From: Auanema rhodensis
Lineage: Eukaryota; Animalia; Nematoda
NCBI GenBank assembly: GCA_964057225.1
Contig: OZ059897.1
Span: forward strand, 16,616,001 to 16,680,000
Direction: 5' to 3'
DNA length: 64,000 bases
Below the pieces are notes generated by a model. The model had not been told where the DNA came from, did not search any database, and was given only the letters and a program-made list of their open reading frames with translations. Numbering within the stretch: the first letter of the stretch is position 1; each line of letters begins with the position of its first letter. A program made the translations under genes and the position numbers. Positions 47,718 through 62,700 of the stretch are shown piece after piece.

Positions 47718-50700
47718 TATATGTATATGGAAAAGTAAACTAAAATTCTTTTTTTTTGCTATTCAAATAAATGATATATTCTAAGAAAGTTTGCGCCTTT
47801 CTAGAAAAAGAAAATTAATGTGAAAACTCTATTAGAATTCATCTTTCATTTTTGAAAGCCTCTTTTCTAAAAGAAGAATTAAAAGATCCATTGATATTTT
47901 GTATAGAATGAAATACAATTTTCAAAGATATTCTGACCTATTCCTTTAGCAAATTTCCCGGCTTTTGCAGTTCAGCTAATGGTGCGACAAAAAAAAATTC
48001 CTCATTTAAAGCTTGTTAAGCTGTATTGGCTGAATTGATAGGATGGTTTTGCACAATTACACATTTGTTTCTGAGATCAAAAAATCAAAAAAGCCTTTCA
48101 AGTTTGTGATACTGAAGTTCAAGTGAGCAAGTAATAAAACTTTTCATTTCCTACGGGTACTATTCAAAGCTGACCCTAGAGGCTTACTTGCATGCTAGCT
48201 TAGATATGCATACAAAGGTTTGGCGAGATATATGAAACGAAATCAACATCAACTTGATATTATTAAAAAATATTTTTATTTTATAATATATATACATAGT
48301 ATATATATAAATGAAATCTTTAATTTCTTATAAATTAAGTCTTTAGTATTTGATGTTCTCTGATCATTTAGAGGAATTACATGATGATGATGCTGCTGAT
48401 GATGAGCATCTGGATTACATGGGTGGTAAAGATCTACCCACTTGTTACATGCTTTCTGATCCATTCTTACGTTTTTCTTTTAAAATGCTTTGAAAAACCT
48501 ATTCAACATTTTTAAAATTGTGGATATGTTTCAAAGAAATGGAGTTCAAACCTCTTCTCACTTATTTTCCCAGCTAAATTGGTATAACTTGAGTAGTTAG
48601 AGGGAAAGAGAAAGAGTGCAATGCAAACTTGGGTTTTGAACTTTGAATATGCGAGGGAGGACAGAAGGTAGACATCGAGATAATTTTCCAAGAGTGTTAT
48701 CCACATCTTGAATGTTTTATATTTAGAATATATTTCTGTGTCTATGTCTTCTGTTTGAGACGACCTTTGTATCGTTTCCCCCTCTCATTGGGTCTTATTG
48801 TTTTCAAAGCCTGTTTGTTCTATTCAGCTTCATTTCACATAGTGATCTTCGAGCTTGAACATTATGTTAAAACTTTCTTAGTATAAGTTCACTATTCTTT
48901 TGAAAACTGAAGCTGTCTACAAATAGTTTTCAGTTTAGCTGATTCTGACAAGGCTTTCATCTATTTTACGTCAATTAGAATAGAAATGATCATAAATTGA
49001 GAAAATTCATTTACAATGATGAAAAAGGTTCAAAGAGAATCACACTAACACCTTTAGAGGAACATGTCATTTACCAATTTCAATGACATCAAGTTCCTTG
49101 CAACAAAAATTTTTCTGAAAATTCATTCCATTAAGACGCAACAAAAAATTTTTAGTTCCTATTCCATTAAATTTGAAAAAATAAAAAAAAATTTCAGTAG
49201 ATGTATCTGATGATGCTATGGCCGCTCAAAATTGTTGCGGAAATTCGGTATATGGCATGCCAAGACGACGCCGAATGAGCTTGTTGCAAACCCTTCGTCA
49301 ACAAAATCGAGCTTTAGCTGATAGTGGTTTGGATATTCATCGTCCTCGAACAGATAGTGAAAGCACAATTCGAGGTATATCCATGACAACGAACTGAAGT
49401 TCAAAAATGATATTCAGATGCTTCATCGCCACCTGGTAAAGGATCGCCACCGTTGTCTCCAACAAAGAAGACATTCTCAACTCTTAAAGCTAAGTAAGTG
49501 ACCTTAAGTACAATATATTCTGTGTTGAATGTCTGAGTAAAACCCTGTTTACACACAGATAAGACTGATTTTTAATTCGTAGTTCTTTGAAATTGGTGGA
49601 AAGAAAAAATTCCCTTTTCCATGCTTTAAGAGCCAAGCTTAAGTTCGAACTATTCAACTTTTCACAAACATTTCTCTCGTCATTTTCGGATATGCTTTTA
49701 AAAGAAAATAGGAAATCTTATCTGTATCTATGATTTTTGATGTTGTAAATCTAATAGTATAGCTTCCTTAAATAGTTAAAGCAAATGAAGAAAGATTGAC
49801 ATGCATCTATCTATTCATCACCCTCGTTCTCCCACTTTTCAAAAATTCCAAAAACCCAAATACAACATGCTTTAAGCCAACTTGCCAGCCTGCCAGAATT
49901 ACATGCGTACGACTCTTCGTCGTTGTCAAAGCTATATATGGAAATAAAACTATGAAAATTTCTTATATTTCCCATGTGAAATCTGAAGAGAATAAAAGAA
50001 TTTTAAGAAATAGAACATCAAAAATCTTTTTATAACAAAAATTTGCATTTCTATCTGTTTGTCCTATATGTTCTTCGTACTTCAAGGCAGGGCAGCCTCT
50101 CCATCTTCGACTTCATAGATTTGACCCTATTCTCTCAGTACTTCATATGACATCTCATTCTTCTTCATATATGTACCCTTAGAACAGAACTTTGATGTTA
50201 CTACCAATGTATCTATCTGAAGAAAATGAGCAAAATGGAAAAGAGCAAGATCAAAGTAAATTTGGTTCAAAAATTTGAGTTCCGACGAAAAATCAAAGTT
50301 CATCCCATGTTAAATTATTCCGTTTTTAGCTTTCGTTTATTTAATTAAATGATTTCGAATTATTTTAAAAAATAAATTTTATTCTCATCATTCGATTCTT
50401 TAATAAAATTTCTTTTCAGACTATTCGGAAAACGAGAGAAACGTTCGGAATCCCGCTCAACAGCCACAGTTTATCAGAGTTCAGGAGATTATTCGCAATC
50501 ATGTGATTTGATTAATGGTAAGTTTAGAAGGAAATCATTTTAATTAATAATAATTAATTATTCTAAAAATATAAATAAAATTATAAAATTAATTTTTATA
50601 TTTATTTAATAAATAAAAAATAGATGTTAAAGTGATATGTACATCTAATACATATACATATGTATATAAGTAAACATATTAGTTTACAAAAATCTTAATT

Positions 50701-53700
50701 AGATATTTGAGAATGAAAATTGAAACTAACTTATTCAGATTTTCTATTGCTTCTAAATCTTTTTACTAATTTAACTTTTAGTTATTGAACAGAAGAAGGA
50801 TTTTTATGTATTTTTTTCATTTTTTTTCAAAAAATGTTTATTTTTAAAAAAAAAATGAATTTTCTTCTGCTCATGACACATACATAGACAAAAAAAATTT
50901 TTTTTTGTAATAAAATTTGTTGTCTTGAATATAAATAGAATGAAAATACATAATTATAATGAAAATAAAAGAAAATTAAAAAAGAAAATTCGACATTTTT
51001 TGGGTCTCAGCGGGATTTGTCTTGGTTTTAGATATATGTATTTATATCAAGAAATCAAAAAAAAAAGGGAAATATGAAAATCTTTCTGATTTTCTCTTAT
51101 CAATCCTTAGGACATTAAGGAAATTTATTTAAGTCTATATTAGACTATATATCACTTAAAAGACTTTATTTGGTCTTTTGAACCTTCTATTCATTCTCAA
51201 TCTATGATTTTCGTCTATTTTTGAAAAAAAAAGTTTGTCTTTGAGTCAGATTTATTCACTGAAATTACTGGTCCTTAAATGGATATAATTGACTGCAGTT
51301 TTCCGTTTTCTCTTTTTACCAAGAAATTGAGTCATCGATCTGACAAGAAGTCAAAAACTAAAAAAAACTTTAGTCAACTAGTTATCTATCCAACAAACAT
51401 ACTTCTATGTATAGATATTCTTAAGAAGAAGAGAAATAGAAGGCAGGAAGTAATGTATCCGAACAGGAAAATCAGAAAAAAATATTTCGGACATTGAAAT
51501 GTCTTTTGTGAGTGAATGAATATGTGTAGCATATCATTCATTCTTCTTTCTCTCTATAAATCTCTTTATATTTCTTTTTTTTTATTTTTACATTGTCCTT
51601 ATATATTAATTTTAGTAGTCAGTAGTTCAGTATTTCCTATTCTATTTTTTTTTATTTCAATATAGTGAGTTCCGTATATGAACGTCATCAGTAAAATTGA
51701 TGATAGAAATTCAAAATCTAATGGAAACTGATTTTTCTTTGAATAAGCATTAGATTAGATGAATTCACGTTTCATATAAATTTCATTTTTACTTAACATT
51801 TTGATTATCAAAGTACTTTTTCTATACATTATTTATATTGAAAAATCAATCTGAATAGAAAAGATGGAAGAGAATGAGGGACTGAATAAGGGAGAGAGAA
51901 GAAGTTCAGTTCAATAGAATTCTCGTAAAACAATTGTACTCTCTTCATCATAAAACTATTTTGTACTTGTTATATTGAGTGCAGAATATGAAAATATTTA
52001 ACAAAAAAACATCTTAAAAGTAAATGTAATACAGTTATATTAAATATATATTTTTATAATAAAAAGGATATGAAAAAGATAAAAAAAAAGAGAAAATTAT
52101 GTAAAACATATTCATTTCGAATATTTCAGGTGTAAGATCAAGAAAATCACCTTCAACTACTAATGATAGTGGACGCGGAAGTCAGGGACATTTGGAAGAT
52201 CGCATAGAAACTGCTATTGCTGTCATAGAAAGGCCTTCAAATAGAGATGATTTAATCCATTTACATGAAATTTCAAGTAGAAAGAATACTTATCGTCAAC
52301 CAATTCGAACATGTAAGTCTAATGTTATAAATTATTTTATTTTTAATTTATTAAATTGAAATATATACGTATGTTTATATAAAATATTCATATAGTACAT
52401 TGATATCAAAACCATATATTTATTTTATTTTATAAATAAAAAATATTTTTTATAGTCTAACTATATAAATATAATTTATTTTTTATTTTAGTATCATGTC
52501 CGGATTTATCCACTCTTCATATATCTGTTGTGCCAGTTGATTATGCACCAACTTCTCGAGCACCATTGGTGGAATCTGAATCAGAAGAAGAGGGTGTCAG
52601 CTTATTGGAGAGAAATATCAGTCCTACAGCAGGTTTGTTTGTTTTTTCATATAAATAATATAATTATTTTATAGTTTATTTTGTAATTATCTAGAAAAAT
52701 AAATAAAATTATTTATAATTATTGTTACTGACAAATATTTTATTTATTCAAATTTTAGGTTCTGATTATCTGTTGGAACGTCGAATGATGCGAAAACAAT
52801 TGGAATCCGAACAACGACGACAGGCAATGGCAATGTAAATCGCCCTCAGAAATATAAATATATATATACATATATACATAATAATAATAATTTTATTAAT
52901 TATATATAATATTATATGATCTACCGTAATCCCAAGACATTATTCCAGATTTTTACAGAGTTCACCTGATCTCTCATCACTCAATCTTACTCTTTCTTAT
53001 CATTTTTAACTAAAACAAAATATGCTTTAATTGAGAAAAAAAGATATATAAAGAGAAAATTCTAGATATACAAGTGGCTGACAATATTAGTTACCGGTTA
53101 ATTATATATATATTTACATATAAATATATATGTATAATTTTATATGGAAGAAATAAAAAAAAAAGAAATGAAATATAAAATATTTCTAATTCCATCATCT
53201 ATCTTTATCTTTTATTCTTCTTCATTTATTTTTTTGTTATTTTTTTTCAATTTTATTCAAAATAAATAAAGACTCGCTTTATGTTGAGTATACCTACCTA
53301 CCTACATGTGTCAGATTGAAAAAAAATATATTTAACTGGCATTGTCGTCATAGTAACGTTAAGTGAAAAAAAGAAATTATTTATTTGTTTATTTAATATT
53401 AATAGATAATAATCATAATTAAAGTTATTTAATTGTCAACAAAATTATTTAATAGTTTGAATATATTAGAATTCTATATTGAATTCTGTTTTGAGGTTTT
53501 TTGCATGTAATTTTTAATAAAAGCTTAATAACTTATAAAGGTATAACGGGTATGTAAAAAATTAGATGAAGATGAATGAATGAAAAAAAAAGATTTTGTT
53601 TCATGTATCAAGAAAATCTTTTTTTTGGATTTTTTTTATAATTAATGAATATATATATATATATACTAATTAATTTTATTAAATTTATAATTAAAATATT

Positions 53701-56700
53701 AAATATTAATAAGCATATTTAATAAATTTCCGATGAAAAACTAAATATAAACATTATTATTTTGAATGTGGATCACGGTAGTATTATATTAATATTAAAT
53801 ATAAATTTTATTATTATTATTATATTTTTTTAAAAATAAAATATTAAATAATTAATATTTTTATTTATTTAATAAATTTATTTGAATTGTTCAGGTCTGA
53901 TTGTTTGGAAGAAGCAGAAGAATGTGAAGAAATTCGTCAACTTTATAATGAAGAAGAAAGTATTAGCAGGGTTATATCAGCTTTATCTAATAGGTTTGAA
54001 CTTTCTTTTATTAAAATTTTAAGAAAAAAATGATTAAATAAGGGGTTTGATTATTCATAATAAATCTGAAATGGATCTATAAATACCAAATTAAACGTCG
54101 TTAAAATTTTATTATATGTACATAATATTTGAGAATTAATTAAGTTTTTTTAAGAATTTTATTAACAATCATAATATTTTATTAAAATTTTTTGTAGTTA
54201 CCTATAAATGAATGAGAAAAAGTTGTGAAAGTTGTATTATTAAGGATGAATCGTTGCTGAGAAAATTAAAATACAATTTAGATTTTATTTTTAAAAATTC
54301 AATTTAATAATCTCAAAATATATTTATAATAATATTTTTAATTAAATATAAAAATTAAAAATAAAACATTTTCAAGCAAAAAAAAAGAAAGTTTTAAACA
54401 AAAAATAAGAAATAATGTAATAAGTTAAGTAAATAATTAGAAAGTTCAACAGTGGTATTATAGATAGAGATAGGACGAATGTTATAGATATTGTAAAGAA
54501 TACAAAGAATCAAACAACTAGAAAACGTCACTTTATTTGAAAAATATATGTTGAATGTGTGAAGTAAGTGAGAATATAAAGGGATAGAAAGATAAAGAGA
54601 AAATAAGGAAAAAATGTTAAAGAATTTAGAAAAATAGAAAGAAAGATAAAGAGAGTATAAGTAAGAGGGATAAATGTTTCAAATAGAATAGTGTGATAGA
54701 ATAAGAGAAGATATACGATGATGATGATGATGATGTTAAAGCATGAAGTATATGTATATACGGTTGTCTATTTATTTAAATTGACATATCCACTTAAAAA
54801 TCTTAAAATTCTTTTTTTTTCAATTTGTTTGTTGTAGATCGGAGCAGACGGAAGACTTGGCCGATTTCGATGACAACATTTCAACGATCATTCTTGATCA
54901 CTTTCTTCCTTTATCTAGAAGCAGTAGTGAGTATTATAATTTTTTTATTCAATTTCCTTATTTTTAGAAAGAAAATTTAAAAATTATTTTAATAAAAGTA
55001 AAAATTTAAAAAAAAAAGAAAGTTAAATTACTAAATGTTTTCAAATTTTATTTCAAATTTTTGGTAAAATTTATATTTTACATATAATAGAAATATAAGT
55101 ACGTTTGTACAATTAGATTTCCATTTTTTGTCATAAAATACTAATTCAAATATGAAATTCAATTCAAATCAGCATTATATTCTCTAAATACACATGTGAA
55201 ACATAAAAAATATTTAATAAATATTAAATATTCTATGAACATCAATATGTGGTCCCTATGATTATTGATTATATTTTGAATATATTATATATACATATAT
55301 AGAATATAGTTAAATGATGAAAATAAGAGTAAGATGATATGTTTGTGGTGAAATATGGAAATTTTTATATAAAATTACAAGATTTACATGATGAGTTTCA
55401 CATATCAGTCATCTCAATCTTATATTTCCCAATTAGCGTACATAAATTTAAATTTTTGCTTAAATATCTTTGCCTCAAACGTCAAAATTTCTTCTTTTTT
55501 TCACAATTTTTCCATATTTTTCTTATAATTTTAATAATTATAATAATAATTTAGTAAATATATACATATGTATGTACATGTATGTATAAAACATTTTATA
55601 ATTAATTTATTTAAATAACAACCGCTCATTTCTTTCTTAAAAATAAAAATGATTACGTGTTGAAATCACGTAAACATTGTAACATCTTTTATTTAAATGT
55701 TATAAATATAAAGACAATAAAAACAATTAAAATACTTTAAGAACCATTTTAATTTATTTGAATAACATTAAATAGTTTGTTATATACTAAACAAAAATGT
55801 TTTGTTTTGTTTATATTTCATACTTTATAACAATTGTATTCCCTTTTTCCTAGTAAAGTTATTTAAAATTTCGAGAGATAAGCTGAGATACGTATTTCAA
55901 TCTTCAGTTGTTAACTAGTTAAATTACTCTTTAAAATGAGCAAAAAAGGGAAAAAAGAAAGAATTGAAATAAAAATGATAGTTAAATGCTTTTTACGTTA
56001 TTTTAACCATATACATTGAATTGAACGTTATGTTTATTCGAGATTTAGGATAAAGAAAAAGTTGAAAAAAGCTGCAACTTCTGTCACTTATTCAATATTT
56101 CATATCATATTTCTTTTTTTTTTCTCAATAAAAATGAAAAGCAATTAATATTTTGAATATTCCCTAGAAAATTATAAAGTTTTCAATTTTTGTTTAATCT
56201 TAATTTATATTTCAGAACTTGACTATAATTTTGATAACGATAGTTCATTATCTTCGGAATTATCTCTCAGCTTACACTTACACGACGACAACACAACGGA
56301 ATCAGAATTGAAGTTAGTTTAAAGAAAAAAAGTTTTTTTTTGTAAAACAATATTCAAAATAGCATTGAAAGTGAAACAAATATATTTACTTTTTTGAAAA
56401 TTTGAGTAAACTTACAGCTCTAGCTCTAGCTAGATCTAGCTTAATACCCTCATCTGTCTTCTTTGAGAGAGACTATTAGCAAAAAATAATTGTCAAATGT
56501 CTATAATCTAGATAAATGTATGATTATTAGAAATCTTTTAAGAAATATCTTTTTGAAGAACTTATTTTAAAAAGAAAAAAATTTCTTTTTCTTCTCTTTT
56601 TTTTTAAATATATCTTTAATTTTTAATAAATATATGTATATTGAATTTTAATTAAAAATAATATATTTTCCTTATTTCTTTCAAAAACTTTCAAAATTTT

Positions 56701-59700
56701 GAATTGTTTTTACCATTTAGTATATATAGAACATAGTTTACTCCGTAATCTAATTGTATCTGATGTATTTGAAAAAAGATTTGTATAGAAGAACTAATAT
56801 AATTTTTCGTTAAAATTTGACCGTTGAGAATCAAACAATATAATTTTTTTTTTGAATAAAATAGAAAGATAAAGATATTATATATTTAAATTGACGTTGA
56901 AGAACATGCCTATCCCATTTGAAAAGAGGTCTAAATTCAAAATGAAATCACCAGCAAAGGATATGAAGTAGAAGAAGATGAAGAAAAGTCGCCGTATTTC
57001 ATCTTCTTCTATCTATCTTCATCATATTCTAGCAGCTCATCTAATCACTTACAAACTTGAAGATACTGCTGTGAGACCCGGGTATTTCTTGTTTTGGAGA
57101 TGTTTTATTATTTTATTTCTTTTCTTTATTTTGCTTTTTTTCTTGTCGTCTTTGTCGTTTTCAATAACTACATTTGATATCCATATCTTCTTTATTCTAA
57201 AAGAAGAAAAAGAAGAATATACTATATGTATATACATATAACATATGTTATAATAAAAAATAATAATAATAATAAACACAATAAAAGATTATTAATATAA
57301 TTATATATATATATATATATATATACTATATATATGTATATATCTGATTTTTAGAATAAAAAAAAACTAAAAGAACTACAATTATTTTATTTTATTAAAT
57401 ATATTTATTATTTTAAGAACGGGAATATCTGTACAAACAGACTTATCTCTGCTTAACGTTGAAGAAGAAGTTGCTGAGTATTTTGCTAAAATTAATGACG
57501 GACAACCTATATCACTTGAGGTAAATTTATAATATAAAAATATATAATAGTATACGTAGTTCTTATATATAATACTAAAATTAAAATATAATTGATCTTA
57601 TATTATAAATAATTCCTTTAAACTACATGTAATAGTCAATCAAATTAAATCGGATTTTATTGGATATTCTCTAATTTTCTAACTTTAACTGCAATTATTT
57701 AATTGTCTTTCTTCAAAGATCATTTAAATACTGTATTACTTACATATCCTTCCTTACATTTCCTTGTGTCACACACTTTCCTCTTAGCTTCATCTCATCC
57801 ATTTACTTCTATACATTCACATAAACATTTACTAAATTTATTGTAAATTCTTTAACTTAAAACTATTAAAATTTATTTTGAAATAACTAAAAAATTTTCT
57901 TTTTGAAATGTTTTACTTTATAAGAAATCGAATATATTCTAGTATTTTCGTTCCTATATAAAAACTTATAAGTTGCTTTGACATCATTCCATTCTGCAAA
58001 AAAAAGGAAAAAGAAACTAATTCGCAATGCCTTTTCAGATATTTTTGAAGATTTTTTTAATTGTCAAGCAACATGCTTAGTTCATGCTTATTCAGTCTTT
58101 TTCTTTTGCTGTTTTTCTCGGCTCTCAACACATTCCGTTTAGGACAGAGGAATTGACTACAATTCGCTTTTTGAATCTTTTCGTTTACTCATTTTTCAAT
58201 AAAACTTTCAAACATTCCCTATACAACAATGGTTTTAACTATTTTCTTATTCAAAAATAGTAAAACTTTAAGATTGAAAACGAAAAAGATTGCTTTTAAA
58301 CGTTTCATAAAACTTTTTAATTAAATAAATATTTTTTTTATTAATTTTAAATTAAAAAATACATTGAAATATGAAATAATTCTGAATGTAATTTTTTTGT
58401 CTTCAAAAAAATCTAAATCAATCAGGACATATTCATATTCATACATCCGTCAGATGACGGAGCTTGTCTACTAGAGTAGCCATAGCAAATTTTTTCATAA
58501 GGAAATACCTAGCTTTTCATTCTTGCTACTCAAAATGCAACTGCCCAACAGAATTTTTGATAAAATATTTGTAAAAATTATACTTTTCTATTCTTATTTC
58601 TTATTTTTTTTCTAATATATGAGTACTTTTTCTACTTTTATTACAAATTTTTGAAAGAAATATTTATATTTTTTCAATTTCTGATGAAAATTTGAAAAAT
58701 AATTTCTGAATCTAAACGCAAGATGAAATGCGTGAAAATGAAGATTTAAAAGACAATAGTAATGAGATATAGAGAGGTACGGATGGTGATTCCATGCTCA
58801 ATTTCCTTTGATGTTTTTGAGCATAGGCGTTAGCATCGTCAACAACGACCTCAGTTCATCTTGTGCCATTTTTTTTCTTTTTTTGCCTCTTCTCCATTAT
58901 CTTCATTGCCGTTGTTCCAGCGTTCGAGCATCCCTCTTCTTCATCTCTTAGTTCTTTTTACGTTGAAAGACCTCTTTTTATAAGAAAAATATTGAAGAAA
59001 CAAAGAGAGCTTATAAAAGAAAAAAAAAGTGAACATATAGTAGTAGGTATATAAGAGGTTTAGAGAGAAATAGAGTATGTAAGTGAGATGATGTATAAAG
59101 CATATGAAGGAATAAGAGGGAGAATATACATATACACCATATATATGAAAAAAAAAGAAAAGATGAAGATTCTTCTTACGAGTGTTAAGCCATCTTATTC
59201 GTTGAACTCACAATACATCACTTTTTTCACGCAATGCTGACCTCGTGTCTTCACAATAATTCCCATTCTCCGTATAATTTCTCTAGAAAAAAAAAATTAT
59301 TTTGTCTTCCGTACGGATCATCAGAGATATTCGGCGTATTTTGATTCATTTGCCAGTGTTTTTCTTCTCAAATTCATGACATTTATATACGTTAGTTACT
59401 AAATTTGAGAATATTTATTATATAACTATATCATATAGTTAACTATTTAATTTCTATTACATGTATTCATATTTGAGATGAGGTTTTTTTCCTTTTTTTT
59501 TATATTTCTGCATCATTTTTTATTTTTTTAACGAAAATAGAGAAAATTCAACTATGAAACCTTTTAATCCCATCTTCTTACTATTGCTTTTTAAGCTATT
59601 ACTTTACTTAAGCTTCTGAAGGTTGCTGCCAAAACTTTTTAGAATATAAGTATTTTATGAAAAGAAAACTTTTTCTTTGATTATTTATCTTTTTGTTGTT

Positions 59701-62700
59701 TTTCATCAAAACATTTTTATTTTTTTTATTACAAAAGTTTTATTTTTCAACCATAGGTAATACTACCTATGTTTTGAAATATACTATGTATAGTAACACA
59801 AACATCTTCTATAACTTACAACTTAAAACCTTATTACAAACTTTTTCATGAAAGAAAAAAAACTTATTTTTTGAATAAATGTTATGAAAAGGAAAACATT
59901 AAAACGTTTACAATGTTATTATAAACATCTAAGGAAGGGCATGACCTCAATGTTAAAATACATTTGAAGCTAAATCAAGGATTGAGACTCAATTCTTTGG
60001 CTGTATATACATACATCATGCTTTTCTCGCTCACATGTCTCATTCGCATTTCTTCAAAACTTTTTCAAAATTGCTTCATGTGTCGAATTTCAATTTGAAA
60101 TTCTGCTGTTCTCTGTCCATCACGCTCAAAGGCTGACCTGAGGTTAATGAAAATCAGTTTCGGCTAGGAAATTCTTCATTCGCTCCTGTCTCCCTCACTC
60201 CATTCAACTCGTCTATCACTCTCATCTACAGCGATTTTAAGATGAGCAACTTGAAAGCTTGGAAAAGAAGAAGGAAAAAATTTCTCTTTCTCAGTCTAAG
60301 AATGACTTGAATTGGCTCCATTCAGTAGAAGTGTGAGTTTACTGACAAATGTAGCTAATAGAGAAGAAATTTGTTCCTTCTCAACCCCCCATCCCTTCTT
60401 CTCTTTCTCTCTCTCTCTCTCTATCTCTCTTTCTCTCATTATTTTGCTTTTGCTCCTTTTGAGACCCCTTTATCTCATCGCCTATCCCTAATTCTCTTCA
60501 TATACTTAATATTGTTGAAGAATAATATTTCTAAGTATAACCCCAGATGGTAAAGCCGATGTACTTCATCTTTTCAAGAAAAACGAATTTTCGAATATTT
60601 CTCTCATTTTTCGAATTTCAAATTTAAGAATAACAAACGATTTTTGATGACAATTTCTGAAAAAAATTTCATTTTCAAAAGGAAATCTTCAATGTTGTGA
60701 AATTGAAATGTTTCTTCTCAATATATTCAAAACAGAAAGTTTATTTGTAATCTGAGCATCAGCATGAAGATTCAGATTTCAATCAAATCTTCCTTCTTTG
60801 ACGTAGTTGAATGTTATGGATGAATGTTCCAGTTCCACACTATTTCACCTCATCATCATTATTCAACTTTCTTTCTTTTTGTTCTCCTTCTTCTTATTCA
60901 AGAACATCTTCATATATTTTCTTCTTCAATCAACATCATACATCTGTATTCATGCTCATCATTTCTGCCTCCAATTTCAACATTTTCTTTAAACTTTTCT
61001 CTTAAATTTACATTATCTATCGTTCGTTATCTTGCCATTTCCCTGTGGATTCCAAATAAGCTCATTGCTCGTCATTCGAAATGACCTGCTTGAAAACATG
61101 CGAAAATCCGATAAGATATACACAAATTTTCTCAAAAGTTGTATGGACCTCTTCCACTATTTTCCACATTTTTCCCAGATTTTTCAAAAAGTTTTAAATT
61201 CTATTTCGTACTCTCCAAACTCATTTTCGAACTTGATCATATTTCCCATATATTCTGAGTCAGTTCTGCATGCAAGGTGATTTGATTGAGTAATGCAATG
61301 TAGATGGTCTTTAATCAAATTGTCCTTTTCTCTATCAAAAGAAAAAAAAAGAAATATTCCTGAACTATTATATAAAATATTTTTTATTATAAAACATTAA
61401 AGTTTTATGATATTACTAACTATAATAAGTTTTTATAAATTAATTTTATATTTATTTAAATATGATCTTATGTATATATAGTATACATATATCCATATAT
61501 GTACATGTATGTATGTATATCTATCTATTTACAATTTCATTTTATGTTTTAAATATTCAAATAAGAAAAGAAAAGCCTTTAAAATAAAATTAAGAGGTGG
61601 CAAACTGATGAGAGAAATGAGAATGTGAGTGTGAAAGTAAAAGTAAAATTGGAATGGATAGAAGAAGGTCTTTTATCGGTCGGAACTAATTTGGAAAAAT
61701 AGTTGGTTCGTCCTTTGACATCTGTCCATCTACATGTCCTTTTCTTTTCTTCTTTTTTGCCTCCGCTTCTTCCAATTTCGAGCAGTTCTTGAGTGCTTTC
61801 AGACTAAAATTGTCATTTAATTGTCGAAAACGGCAGAAAAGTAACTGTGGTGATCAAAAAATATTTAATAGGATACTTTATCACTTTGCTTTTCTCAAAA
61901 GTCTATCTTCTCTGTTACAACTTGTACTATAATATTATTTTTTTTCATCTTTTCAATTTATATATAGCTACATATATATATATATAACATGTTATACTAA
62001 TTGTGTTCTTTTCAATACTTTTTTATTCAAAATTAGAAAAAAGTTTTAAATAAACAGGATGCCATCTCTGGATGACTCAACTGTAGCAGCATTTTGGTGG
62101 CGTCAAAAGCGACATCCTAGGGTTTTTCATGTTAGAACTCCATCACCAAGAAGTCATTCGTATGATAGTCCACATAGGGTATTATACAAAATAAATATTT
62201 AATTAAAAACTAAAAAACTTAAAAATATAATAAATAAAAAAATTATTTTAACTTAAAATTCATTAACTGCATATTTCAGGGTATGAATTTCATTGCTAAA
62301 CATTTTTTTGAATACCAATCATTTCAAAATCTTCCACATAAAGCTGTTCAACTTCACAAAACGGTGAGTTTTTATTATAAAATTTATTTATATTTCAAAT
62401 TATTCTATTATAAACTCGTATGTTGGAATAATTTGTCAATTTTTAGCCACCACAGCAAGCTGGAACAGATCCTTCTATGGGATGGGCACCAAAGAATATG
62501 AATAGAGCCGGAAAAAACCAGCCAGCTCCAGCTTCAAGAGCTAATAGAATTCACAGGTAAATTTAAATATAAATTACTTTTAATATAAATATATAATTAT
62601 ATTTTTAATCTTTTCTTAAAAATACTTTGTTTGAAGAGATCCAAGACCGCAAGGTACAAAGCATGGACGAGCTGGAAAGCATGAGCATAGGGATTGGGGA

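Noticed and set aside
60807-61280. Overlapping ORFs in several frames
   Set aside because: Pyrimidine-rich strand bias depletes stop codons; no splice-compatible coding frame found on either strand.
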